Source: Monocercomonoides exilis PA203 (Eukaryota > Protista > Preaxostyla). From it: DNA of 64,000 nucleotides. A program made the position numbers and the translations under genes. Below are positions 50,215 to 62,525 of the stretch, piece after piece. The DNA lies in the NCBI GenBank assembly GCA_001643675.2, contig LSRY02000019.1, forward strand, positions 248,001 through 312,000. Reading direction: 5' to 3'. The notes under the pieces were generated by a model. The model worked only from the letters and a program-made list of their open reading frames with translations. It did no database searches and was not told the origin of the DNA. The stretch's first letter is position 1. The number at the start of each line of letters is the position of its first letter.

Positions 50215-53200
50215 TTAACTCACTTCCTCGTTTTCATTCTTTTCCTGATAATTCTGTTGTATATGCTTTAGTTTGTCAATAAGACCTGAAATCATATTTC
50301 GTTCTTCTTCTGCGTGTTTCGCCTCTCTTTTGCTGCTTAAAAATGAATCATGCCTCTTTTCTTCATTACTTGATCCTCCTTGTTTCGCATCTTCTCCATC
50401 CTTTCCCTTTTCATCCTGTGTGTCAGACGCAATTTCGTTTCGATACTCAATCAAAACTTCAATAAGTTGCTTTCCAACCAACGAAGATGACTGAGTTTTA
50501 TCTTCCTTCTGCTTTTGTGCATCTTTCTCGGTATCTTCCTCAATGACTGTTGGGTTAAAGCAAGCTTCTTGAAGAATTGAGGAAATATCCTTCTGCAGGG
50601 CTTCTTCTTCATCTTCTTCTTCTTGCAGCTGGGGTTGCTCTTCAGCAGCTTTTGCTCCTGAAGCCAGCAAAGAACGTTTACGCCTTCTGAAATTTTCATT
50701 TAAAAAAATTTATTTTTGAGAAAATAAACAAAATTTTAAATTCAAAAATCATTTATGATTAATAAAACGTTTGTCAATTGAAGCATTTGCATACGGTGTG
50801 AAAGTTAGTAATATTGCAATGATTGCATCAGTCAGTTGCAAACAAAGAAATCCAGCTTCAAAGGAAACATCATGAAGACGGACAGAAAATGGCTCTAAGA
50901 GAACAACATAGAAGGAAAAAATACGATTTTCATTAAAAATTAAAAAATAACATAGAAATTTTTTAACCTTCCTCGTTGTCATCTTCGTCTTTGGTCAAGT
51001 CAATTTCTTCGCTTTCGTCGCTCTCATCGCTCGATTCGAAGTCAGATTCGTGTTGTTTGTCATCTCCTTCTGTCACTTTTCGTTTTGCCATTTTTTGAGC
51101 CTTTTTCTTCAGCCATCTACTCCGCTTCCTCTTCTTTTTCTCTTCTTCAGTCATTTTCTCCCTCACATCCATCACGTTCTCATAATACAGTTTGTGGAAC
51201 ATGATAAGACGCCCAAGCTTCTCATAATTGTTTTCACTGAAGATCATAATAGAAAATTAATAAAAAGTGAAATTTGTGAAAAATGATGTTTAAATGCTTT
51301 TTTTTGAAGAAATCATAAATGAATGAGACAAACGCGAATTTTGCAATAAAACGCAGATAGTTGATTCCAGAAAGCAGTCTTATTAGATTGTAAAATATGG
51401 TCATTACAGATTCTTTAAAAGCGATTGAATGTTATTTCAAAATAAAAAGAATGAACAAAACAGAAAAGAAAAAGAAAGGAAGTTGAAGATATCTCAAAAA
51501 AAAAAAATATTGTCAAACCATCTTGCTGAATGTTTGTTGATCTGTGTTTGATGGATTCTGTAAGTGCACACTGGAAATTGAATTAAATAAGATTTATTAC
51601 AAAATTTTTGAATTTTTCAGTCGTGACAATAAAAATAATTCACCCCAAAGTTAAGACAAAGAAATAAAATTTTTAATTATTCGATTTTTTTTTCATTGAA
51701 TTGCTAAGTTAATTTTGCTCAAACCTTCTGCATCCACCATCCAAACAGTATTTTCAATCCACCTCTTTCGACAAGCCGTGCGCACATTGAAGGGCTTTGC
51801 ACTGTGCTTAGCTGTATCACCTTCAGCATCGATGGAATAAACATTGGAAGAGATCTATGGATGTATTCATATTTTAAAATATGAATTTTAAAAAAGAAAG
51901 AAAAGAAAGAAATTTAAAGCAGAAATAATTAAATTGAATGTGTCATTCAAATAAATAAAGAAACAAATTTTTCACAAAAAAAGAAGCAATAAAAGAACTC
52001 AATTGATTTCAATTTTTAATTTCAATTCAGCCCTTTCCTTTTCTCCTTTTCTGTGTCAAACTTAATTAACAGAAGCACAAGATCTATGCCTTGCTGTGCT
52101 TCAAACTGTTTTTTCCCTTCGGCGTGCAGAAGACAATAGCACAGCACATCCACACAGTTCTCCACAACTTCTTCTTCTTCCATCGAAAGTGTTATGTTTG
52201 CTGATGATGCAGACGAGGTTGAGGAAGATGATGCTGCTTGTTGTTTTTGCTGGAGCTTTCTCTTTCTGAATTGCTGAAAATGATTTAAAAAAAGAAGTTT
52301 AATTGATCCATTTTCATTTCGTATGTGCATTTTCATTGAATTCAAAATAAAAAATAATTATTAAGAAGAAGAAGAAGAAGAAATATGCATTCATACCGCG
52401 AGCATCACCAGAATTGTCTCAACTCCGCCTTCTTTGATAACTTCATTGGTTCCAGTCCAGTTTTTGTTGTCTGTTTCTTCGCTGCTTTCCAGCGATCCAA
52501 CAACCACATCAAAACTGCTGACAATAATTGCGAGGAGCTCTGCTGAATAATGCCATATTGTCTCTGCTTTTACCGGAGACGCAGCTAAAGAATGAATGAA
52601 TGCAGATATATCAGAATGTCATAAATGTGATAAGAAATACAACAAACTCAGTGGTGAATCATTAGGATTTGACGATTTATCCTTTTGAGAGTTCGTTCCT
52701 CGAACAGCATCCATCACCTTACGAAGTGAATTTACAGAGGGCCCCACGGAAATGCGACTCAACAGCCAGCGAATGAGAGAAAATGAGTTTGAGGAAGAAT
52801 TACTGTTCATAGCCAAATCTCTCAGAGAAGATTGAACGGCATTGGGAACAACTTCCATTAGATTTTCTAAGAAAAGCAGAATTTTAATGATTCCTTCTTG
52901 TTCTTCCAAAATTCCTTCATCTAATCTGTGAAGAACCCCAATCATATCAACTTCAATTTTCTCTTTCAACTAAATTGTGGAAATAAAAGCATAAATATCA
53001 AAAATATTTAACAGATGAATTAAAATAGCTTCTGCAAAACTATTTCTTCGATTAGGACTATTGCGTTTTGTTCAGATAAAATCAGATCTGGATCTGTTAA
53101 TTCATTAATTAGATCCACAACATCAAGAACAATGTCAATATTTTCGTGAAGAAGAAGCGCTGACAACAGAGAAAGTGTTCCACTTGAAACAAGAAGAGGG

Positions 53201-53391
53201 TAGTGAGCTGGATAATCTGTCAATTCTTTCAGAGTTTTTATTGATTCATCAAGATTTACTTCAGATTCCATGAATAGTTCTGGTTCTTCTTTATGAAGTG
53301 TTCTTTGTGTTTCATTTTCTGAAACCTTTTTAGCAAAAGCTTGCAAAAGTTTTTTTATTGATTTTTCATTGAGAACTGGAACTTCTTCCAT
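50215..53391 (-). CDS. CTNNBL1: Beta-catenin-like protein 1 (PRP19-complex ARM-repeat spliceosomal protein), multi-exon
   Basis: Motifs KKLLQAFAKKVSENETQR..EEPELFMESEVNLDESIK, LLLHENIDIVLDVVDLINELTD, EEEVVENCVDVLC and RFIAKFAENNYEKLGRL. Confidence 0.9.
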
Positions 53392-53656
53392 TTTCTATTA
53401 AATGAAAAAGAAATAAAAATGGGAAATAATACACAAAACGAAAATGATAAACGCAAAATGAAGAGTTAGAAAAAATTACAGATAATATAAACAAGCGAAA
53501 ACAGAATGCTCTCGCAAAGACACTAATATAAATCTTTGATTTTAGAAGAAGAATAAGAAGAGTTTTCAGATAGAAATGTATAAAGTAATTTCTTCTCAAT
53601 AGAACTCTTGTAAAAGAAGTGTTTTTCTTCGAGAATCTAGGTAAATTCGTATGACC

Positions 53657-54004
53657 TCATATCTCATAGGCACTAGAAATGATACGATTGAAAGAGATGT
53701 TGAAAGGAGGATGCTTCAAAATGGTGTCTGCTTTTTTGAATGCACCGTAAGTGTAAACAGAAACTTTCGAAGCATCGTCAATCATTCTGTCATCAAAAAA
53801 AGCATAAGTTAATCAAAATAAATAAATTAATTAATTTATTGATAAAAATATAATTTTTTTTGTTAAAATTCTCCTTTTAATTTTGAAAAATAAATGAAAA
53901 AAACACACTTTTCGAAAAGAGGTGTTGATATGTCTCCTTCAAAGCACAATCCCATTCCATGCAGAGGAATCTTGAATTAATCAGTTGCAGTCAAACAAAT
54001 ACAG

Positions 54005-54035
<31 letters not shown>

Positions 54036-57000
54036 AAAAAAAAAAAAAAAAATAAAGTTATTTCGATAAATGAATATCCATAATGACAATAAATATCAAA
54101 CCCATTCTTTCATATGCTCGTTTTGTTTGAGCTCGTCGAGTGCGCCAAAGTCGTGGAAGAGATAAGCAAAGCGTATGCAGGACAGCTTGTGTGTCTGGCG
54201 GATCTTCTTCTTAATTCGACGAGGCTCCGGAAGAACAGCAGTAGACAAGTGGTTTCTGGCAGGTGTCAGAGACGAATATGAAGAAGAAGAAGAAGAATAT
54301 GGTGACATGCGAAGTGAAAGTGGAGTCGAAAGCATTTTGGACTGTCTCTTCTGTGCGCCTTCAGTTTCATCGCTTTCGCTCTCATTGCTTGAGTGTGCCA
54401 GGCTTGTGTAGCTATCCAACCTTGCTGAGTGCCTGTAGCTTCCCTTCCCATTCCCATACAATGCACTGCTTGAACTTGCAGTTGCCGACGTCGACGAATT
54501 CGATCGATCGCTCTCTTCTTCAGCTGTCCCGTCGCCGCTATCAGCAGACGTGTCAATCGATTTCAGCCGCAGCTTCCTGTCTGCATCGTCACTGAGCGTT
54601 TCCCTCCTCTTCGCACTCATCTTCCCCTTCTTCTCTTTCCCTCGCCCTGTTTTCTCTCTGCGTGAGGTCACTGTGTTGGTCCCTGTGTATTCAGGCACCT
54701 GCATCGCATCGCTGTCCCCATTCAAAGAGAGTGTGGAAGATGGGTGAAGAGAAAAAGAACTGGATGGAATCGTCTGAAGTGGGATGGCTGCTGGCCTTCC
54801 TCCACCCACTCGCGATGCGGCTGTTGTTTGAAATGAATGTTGGGGTATGAAACAAATAGGAATTAAAAATAAATAAATAAATAAAATTCATTGGATGTAT
54901 TTTTTCAAAAGAAGCATAAAATAAAAAGGATTCAATAAACAATAGTCACTCAAGTAATATTTATACATCTGTCTTTCCATTCATATTTCACCAGAAATTC
55001 ATCCCCTCATTGATCACATACTGACAGAAGACACAGAAGGTGTGGCAGGGCCGTAGACAAGTTCATTGCGGTGTGTGGCTGGAGAGTAATAGACTTCTGC
55101 CTCGTTCTTTGCCAGTGTATTCACCAAATACTTCACTTCTTCGGGGAAGATGATGCACCGGGGATTTTTGCAGTAGAATATGATTCGGATTCTTAGAAGT
55201 TGAGAGAGTGAGGGAGGGGGGGGAAGGAGGAAGAAAAGGAGAAGAGGAAGAAATAGGTTTCAAAAAAAATTAAGAAGGATATTGATTGAATATAACAAAG
55301 CACGAAATGGTTCAATGAATAAATACTTTATTGTAACGGAACAAAAAAGACTTAATATCTTTATGTTTCAAAATCCCCTCATAAATCAACTCTTTCATTC
55401 AAAAATTCAGCATTCACAACCAAAAGTATAGTTATTATTATTGTTTTTGTTCCAAACCTTTTCTTCAGTTTCTTCAAATGGTACATCTTCACCGCGTGTC
55501 TCAATATCGCCATCAAAGCGCCTATTCCAATCTCCGAGGCAATAATCAACGCTTCCCCTGTCTCATCGAGCTGTGGCGTGAATGTTGAGTAAGGCCCCTC
55601 CAACTTCACTGTAATCCCTTCCTGCACAAGAAAGTCCATGTCTGTTGTGAATGAGCCTCCTCGCCGGTACGCAAGCAGCTGGACTCCTTCATCCATAGGA
55701 GAAGACTATTAGAAAACATACATACATATATATGTATATGTATTTATATAAAATTGAATATGGATTGCACAGAAGAACAAAAAGGGAGGAGGGAAAACAT
55801 TATTTTTTAAAGATAATAAAAAAGCAAAATAAAGAAGAAAAATTACGAATGAAAATAATAAGTGTTTATTCATGAAATTGACGTTATAATTTGAAAAGTC
55901 AATATTGATTATTCAAAAGCATCAGTTTAACAGAGTAAGACATCACAATAAAAAATAAGTAATTGAGAAAGAGAATGTGCAAAAAGTGTCATTAAAACGA
56001 TTTATTTGACAGTTTTCCTTTTTTTTTTCAAACAAACCGCAATTGTAAAAATGTTTGGTGAAGGCAATTTCTTTCCTCGTTTCGCGCGCAAGTAAACGCA
56101 AGCAGCTGGAAAGGCTCTTTTAAATGCATCTGGGTTTGAACCGCTTTCGTGCCTTAGATTCTGTTTTGTGAATATTCACATCAAATCAACAAAACGAAAA
56201 AGAAAAATGATACAATATTGTCTCAACGATAAAAAATGAATAAGAAAATAATAAAACAAAATGAAAAATCGCTCCACGCTTATTGTGGCAATGATTGGAT
56301 CTTTTCTAGCTCCCTCAAAAAAACATACAAAGCACAAAGTTCCGTCTGATGCCCAAAAAGAGTTGGTAACTATCCAATTATTTCCAATAACTGCATCTCT
56401 TATTATTCCAACCATACGCGCAACAAAACCTGCAAGCCCCAATAGATAAAGAAACCACAATACAGCATGATTTTGCCACCATTCAAACAAAGAATTAATT
56501 GGGAAATGAAGTGTAAGATGATCCCAATCTCTATGAAAGTTAACAAAAAAATATTGTAAGCAAGAAATAAAAGCTAAATTGAAACAAATCCGGAAAAGGC
56601 TAACATACATGAAAAATACGTGATATGCAGTTAAAAAATACCAAATATACATAAACCAATGAACCCCTTTCCAAATTGGCCATGAAATAAATCCTCTTCT
56701 TCCTGGCTTTTTTCTCAAAACAGAAATGATTATGCAAATTATCATGATGTATGTTGAGTAACGGATGGTGTTTGTAACTTGTCCTGAAGTATTAACAAAT
56801 AAGAACGTTCTTATAAAGCGCTTTTGAACGCTAGTTTTGTGGATTTTTGTATCCCAAAAGAAAGGAATAACATGTCCAAGAAGACAAATAATTCCTACAA
56901 TTACAGACTGAAAAATATATACAGTTAAAACAAAAAAAATCAAAAAAATTATCAAACATATTTATGCCACGTTAAGATAGATGTAACTGTGAAAGTCTTT

Positions 57001-57366
57001 TCGAGAAGAGGAAATTTTGATCCTGTTAAAATTGCAACTGTAAATGACTATTTCATACGGAAAGAAAAAAAGGTGTTATAGTATGGAAAATATTATTTGT
57101 CACACAGCAAGGCAGGCATAACCAAAAAATGTGACAAAAACTCTTACAAGCGAATGATTTGTTTGATATTTATATATAATATGCAGTATCATCAATGTAA
57201 TTGGCCCCAAAATGCATATTGAGAAAAGAATCAATCTTAGTATATATCCAGCTGAATACTTCTTTATTGGATTGTTTAGTACAATAAATTCATCATCATC
57301 AGACGTTTGTTGTGATATGTCCTCTTTTTGTTCGTCCGAAACTTGAACTAATGGCTCAGTTGACAT
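53657..57366 (-). CDS. Ferric reductase / NADPH-oxidase-like flavocytochrome (bis-heme TM domain plus FAD/NAD(P)H domain) with a Ser-rich insertion
   Basis: Spliced TM domain has two His pairs: WHKY|SVIVGIICLLGH (14 apart) and VHWFMYIWYFLTAYH (13 apart). FAD/NAD motifs NIFTIA|..SP, GSFTTD, KLEGPYSTF, LIIASEIGIG, IRIIFYCKN..IFPEEV and VYTYGA. Stop TGA at 53657-53659. Internal exon borders are partly approximate. Confidence 0.8.
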
Positions 57367-57447
57367 TTATTTGTGAGTATAAATTTAATAAGGTTTATTC
57401 TTGATCATGCACCATTATTATACGTGAAAAGCAAAAAAACTCAAAAA
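57367..57447. promoter_or_regulatory. Probable compact bidirectional promoter between the ferric reductase-like gene and UPRT
   Basis: Only about 81 bp separate the divergent ATGs at 57366 (-) and 57448 (+). Confidence 0.5.
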
Positions 57448-58212
57448 ATGTCAACTACAAAATCAGTTGCACCTCTTCCAGAATTTCCTCAATTTACAAT
57501 TGTTCCACAAACTCCTCAGATTATTGCTTTGATGACTATTATGCGCGATCGAAAAACATCTCGCGGCGATTTTGTTTTTTATGCTGATCGTTTATTCCGT
57601 TTATTAATGGAAGAAGGGTTATCTCATTTGCCATTCACAAAAAAAGTTATTACAACTCCAACTAATGTAGCTTACGAAGTTTGTTAATTAGTTTTATTTA
57701 TAGTTCTTTATTGATGATTTTCAAAGGGATTAGAATTTGGATCGCAACTTTGTGGTGTCTCCATCATTAGGGCAGGTGAAAGTATGGAAAATGCATTGAG
57801 ACAAATTGCGCCTCATGTTCGAATTGGAAAGATTTTAATTCAACGTAAGGAAGATGGATCCGGAACATCTCAACACTATTACACAAAGGTGCCAAAAGAC
57901 ATTGCTTCAAGAACAGTATTACTTTTAGATCCTATGTTGGCAACAGGCGGATCTGTTTGTTGTGCTATTTCTGAATTGCTTAAGCTAGGGGTTCCCGAAG
58001 ATCGCATATTATTCTTAAATATGATTGCTGCTCCTGAAGGGGTGAAAAATGTTTTAACAAAGCATCCAAAAATTAAAATAGTTTCTATTGCCCTTGATGA
58101 TTGCTTGAACGATCAAAAGTATATTCTTCCAGGTATTGGAGATTTTGGTGATAGATATTTCGGAACTGATGTTACATCTGATGAGCCTGAATCTTCAACT
58201 GCTTCTTCTTGA
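57448..58212 (+). CDS. UPRT: Uracil phosphoribosyltransferase (pyrimidine salvage)
   Basis: Exons 57448-57678 and 57727-58212. Motifs TIMRDRKTSRGDFVFYADRL, CGVSIIRAGESME, IGKILIQR, LLLDPMLATGGS and YILPGIGDFGDRYFG. Confidence 0.97.
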
Positions 58213-58981
58213 ATTTCGGCCTTTTAAATGAAAATGTATTAGAAAAGCGGATGATGAAAAGAAATTGTTTTTATTTCATTTTAATCACTTCAAAAATATT
58301 GTCTATTTAAAATAAAGATATCATTTCATTAACAAAGTTATAAAAAACTATTTAAAAAGCATTTTTCAACGAAATTTAAAAATAGCGAATTTTTTTGTCA
58401 AATTCACCTTGGCTTGATGGAAAAATATTCTGAATGCTGATGACCTTACCAGTTTAAACACTTTTTTCATCATCCTTAAGATGCTAGGGGCTTTTTCGAT
58501 GATTTATATCTTTCTATAAATCATTCAAAAGGAATCTTTATTATAATTTTTGCATTGCCAAGAAATAGTTTTTATGTGAGTGATTATTTTTGACAGAATT
58601 TTTTTAGACAACAATATCGTTTCAGAAATTTTGAATGGAATAATAATTTTTAAACACTCAAATTTGAAAACAGTATTTGGGGGGAAATATGGACTTTCAA
58701 GCATTTTTTTAACAAGGTATTGAAAAATTGCTTCACTCATAACATTTTTTAACTAAACCAGATATCAAAATAAATTTGATTCTCATATAAGAAAACAGGC
58801 ATCGTTGAATTCAAAGCATAACAGTTTCCAACATTTCATGAATGTCAAAAAATGAACCCATTTTTATTATGTTTTTTGATATCAGAAAGTCAATGAAAAA
58901 GGATGAAACTAAAAATTTTGTCCCATGTTATCAGCAATATTTGTGTTGTTGTTTTCTGCAAATTTTGAAAATGACGAACCG

Positions 58982-59031
<50 letters not shown>
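58982..59031. repeat. poly(A) tract, about 50 nt
   Basis: Homopolymer visible in the AT-rich intergenic region. Confidence 0.9.
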
Positions 59032-59034
<3 letters not shown>

Positions 59035-59384
59035 AAAAATAAACTTATAACAAGACTCATAACATTTGTTTCCTTCCACAAGAAATGAATTTTTTGTTAT
59101 AAAAAACGCGAAATGAGAGAGCCTATATTGAATGCATCATTCTTTATAAATTGTGTAAAAATACAAATATAGAATTTTTACAAACTTTAAAAAGCAGTAT
59201 TTTTTCAATTGAAATGTGATTAAAATATATCTGAATTCCTCTCATGTTTTTAAAAATTTGCAATCAAACAAAAGGAAGCACTAAAACATATTGAAAAAGA
59301 AATGAAAAATCATTTAAATAACAATTGCCGTTGATATTTCAATTACGAAAATGTTTTTTGACTTTCATTGAATTTTGTCAATTT

Positions 59385-59565
59385 GTTGAAATTTTGAAAA
59401 ATTACGAACTTTCGACTTTGCTTGAAAGTTTTTCGATTTCTTTTGCAACTTTTTCGACTTTAAATTATAATTTTCGATTTCGAATGAAAGTCTTTCAACT
59501 TTGAATAATTCTTGGTATTCGACTGCAAAAATAATCACCAAAATGTTAAATTTTGAAAAAATTAC
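59385..59565. repeat. Degenerate array of TTTCGAYTT motifs at about 21-bp period, bracketed by ~21-bp direct repeats
   Basis: Core C positions at 59413, 59434, 59455, 59475, 59496 and 59520. Flanks are gttgaaattttgaaaaattac (59385) and gttaaattttgaaaaaattac (59545). Confidence 0.6.
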
Positions 59566-60685
59566 AAGAGAAAATGATTTTCATCCGAAAAAATTCACAT
59601 AAATCCGAAAATGTATTTAATGCAATGTTGATTTTTTTTTTTGTATAATTCCTTTTGTTTAAAATTCAGGTTAAAATTAAAAACGAATATTTTAATCAAA
59701 AATTTACAATTTCTCACAAAATTTCTGTTGAATGGAAATAATAACATTGTTATGCATTTGTTTCAATGACATCATAATTTGGAAAGAATGAAAAGAAATA
59801 TTATCAAAATATGAAATTGTTATTTTATATGTCAAAATTTTTTGAAAAGTTCCAGTTCCTTTTATAATCAAAGAAAATAAAAATTACATATTTCGATCAA
59901 ATTTCCGTTCCCACTCTCCAAATTTTCTTTCCATGAAAATAAGATCTTGACATTGGTATAATTTCTGTTTTTGTTAGGTTTCAAGAGAGAGAACAGAAAA
60001 ATGATTGAAATATGAAATTTTTATTTTATTTGTAAATTAAACAAAAAGAACTTTTCAAAAATATATAGACATTTAATGCGAAAAATTGCTTTTCAAAAAA
60101 TACTTCAAAAAATAAAAAATAGGAAGATAGTTGTTTGCTAATTCAATGTGAAACTTTTTTTTTCCGAAATGAACTGTAATGAAAAGTTTCTTCAATCATT
60201 AATATATTATTTTTCGAATTAAAAAAATTTTTTGGTGAATCACTTTATTAAATTATTCATTTTTTTTTCAATTTAAAAACAATAAATGATCGTTCTTAAA
60301 AAATAGTTCAAAAAGAAATATTATTATTATTAATAAATTAGATAGTGCGAAATGTTGGATGTGAAAAATAATATTTGTTTGAAATAAGTAACATACTAAT
60401 AATAAAAATTGATGTGAAAGATTTATTGCTATAAATCTCCCTCCAACTCTTAAACAGGCCAAAGGACTTGGTATGATTTGTTCTTAAAAATAGTAACTTG
60501 TCTTGTAAAAAAAATAAAAATAAATTGAAGCACATTTAAACACCTAATAAAAAACAATAATAATTAAAATTCACTTTAATGAAAATAAAAAAGTTAACAA
60601 TAGTGTGGCTTCAATTAATAATTCCAACAAATTAAAACAACTTTCATAACATAATCCACAATTGTAAGTTTCAAATTCACAACAA

Positions 60686-61967
60686 TCAATTTGTTGTTAA
60701 AGGTATTTCTTCCTCAACTTCTTCCAAATTTAACACAGCATGTTCATTCATTTTCTTTTTATTCCAACTTTTGGTCTTGCACAAATAAGAAAAGAAGTCG
60801 TAGGTGACTTTAATAGAAGCAACAACAACACTTGTAACGAAAATAAAAAAGGGAAGTAGATAACAAGTGGCATATAACTTTCCTGGCATATTTTTCTACA
60901 TAGTTGATAAAAATACATTCACAAAAAAAAAAGTTAATAAATATTCAAAAGAAATGGAAAATTTAATAATAATAATAATAAACATTTTTCTAATCATTTC
61001 AAAAAATACTTCATATCATTTTTATCCAAAAATTTCATATCAAATCAAATAGTTGCTGCTCGATTGATCTTATCACACCTTATAAACAAAATGACAAGGA
61101 TAACCAAATCCATATGGTGTAATATACAAATTTGTGCTGTTTGCACAAGATGCTTTGGTACAATCAACTCTGTTTTGAAGATTTTTTGGAATAGTCTTTA
61201 TTTTTTAAGATTATTTCAAAAAACAATTCAAAAAAAAAATAATCGGTTAACTCTACTTAGTATTAATATAATAATCATACCAAAACATTTGCTTCAAACG
61301 AAATATTTTTCAGTTCATTTAATCTTTCTTCGGACTCAAAATCATGCTCGTCTCTTGGATGGAAGCATATACGAACATTTTGCAAATGCATGGTAACAAA
61401 TCTACTTACATGCTGTGAACCACTTGGAATAACTTCATCAAGCAATTTTGCTGGACTTTGTAGCATCTTTGAAAAATATAATTACAAATGTAATTGCAAA
61501 TTAATATATAAGCAACATACTGCCATCACAGTCAGGCTCGTACTTCGCGATAAACTGTTTGTCACAATATAAAAAGGATCTGACATTGATGGTAACAAAA
61601 TGTCATCCGCGCACATAAGTCCATCCTTTAATTTAAATGAAAGTTGCATCTTCTGATGATCAATAGAATAACCACTGTGCTTTGTTGTTCCAACAACATG
61701 GCAATTTTGCATCACTGGAAACTTGATTATCGAATTATTTCAAGTTAAAATTTGCAAAAGAATATGTTTTAAGCATACCGAATATCCCTTTAAAGTTTCA
61801 AATTTATAACTTTCTCCCATTGGCCAATAGACCGTCACATCTTTCTTTGAGAAAGTGTAATTTCTTACCACGCGTATACTCATGTAAATACAGACTGAAA
61901 GCGTAATAAAAATTAGAGACCAACATATAATTGTTCTTAATGTTGTAACTGTTTCAAGTTTTTCCAT
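60686..61967 (-). CDS. Hypothetical membrane protein with N- and C-terminal TM helices and a Cys-containing loop (multi-exon)
   Basis: ORF pieces 61740-61994, 61482-61715, 61275-61466, ~61070-61180 and 60686-60889 are separated by AT-rich intron-like gaps. TM-like segments IICWSLIFITLSVCIYM and YLLPFFIFVTSVVVASI. Confidence 0.55.
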
Positions 61968-62525
61968 GTCAACCTGACATTGCTCTGTTTGCAATGAATA
62001 AAAATGAATTAAAAAAAAAATAAAAAAATCGAAAATACAAACTTTTTGATTTGCAGCAAGTTCTCATAATAAAAAATACAAATTAAAAAAAGTAAGATAA
62101 CAAAATAGTAATTTAAAACATACACCATTAATAAAGTTTTAGCAGGAAAAATTATAAAATTGATCTAAAACCGTCATTTATAACAAAAGTCCATCGAAGT
62201 ATATTACATCGATCATTAATTAAAATATTTGTTTTAAAATGGCTGGGAATCCAGTGTGTAAATTCCAGTTTTCGAGCTTATTATTCTTATTTTTTAAAAT
62301 TGTATTAAATTGAAACGAAAACATGCTTCATAATCGATGCAAACACTTGACAACTATTTTGTTCAGAGTTAGCTTTCATTTTTTTATTAAAACATTAAAT
62401 AACATTTATACAAATTTGCACATTTAAATTCTATTATAACGCATTCGTATTTTCGGTTGTAACTGCATTTAGCCGTCGAATACTCAGCATCTGAAAGTTT
62501 AGAACAATTGATGAGAGAATCAAAT

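Noticed and set aside
44415-53391. A functional cell-cycle cluster (PME-1, OB-fold protein, EF-hand, CKS1, CTNNBL1)
   Set aside because: Orientations are mixed and the pathways are unrelated; this is the adjacency expected in a gene-dense genome.
58842-59081. Poly-Lys and poly-Phe ORFs (also 24246-24428)
   Set aside because: They are artefacts of homopolymer tracts.
59405-59525. CRISPR-like repeat/spacer interpretation of the 21-bp array
   Set aside because: The cores are only about 9 bp and the spacers about 12 bp, the context is eukaryotic, and there are no cas genes.
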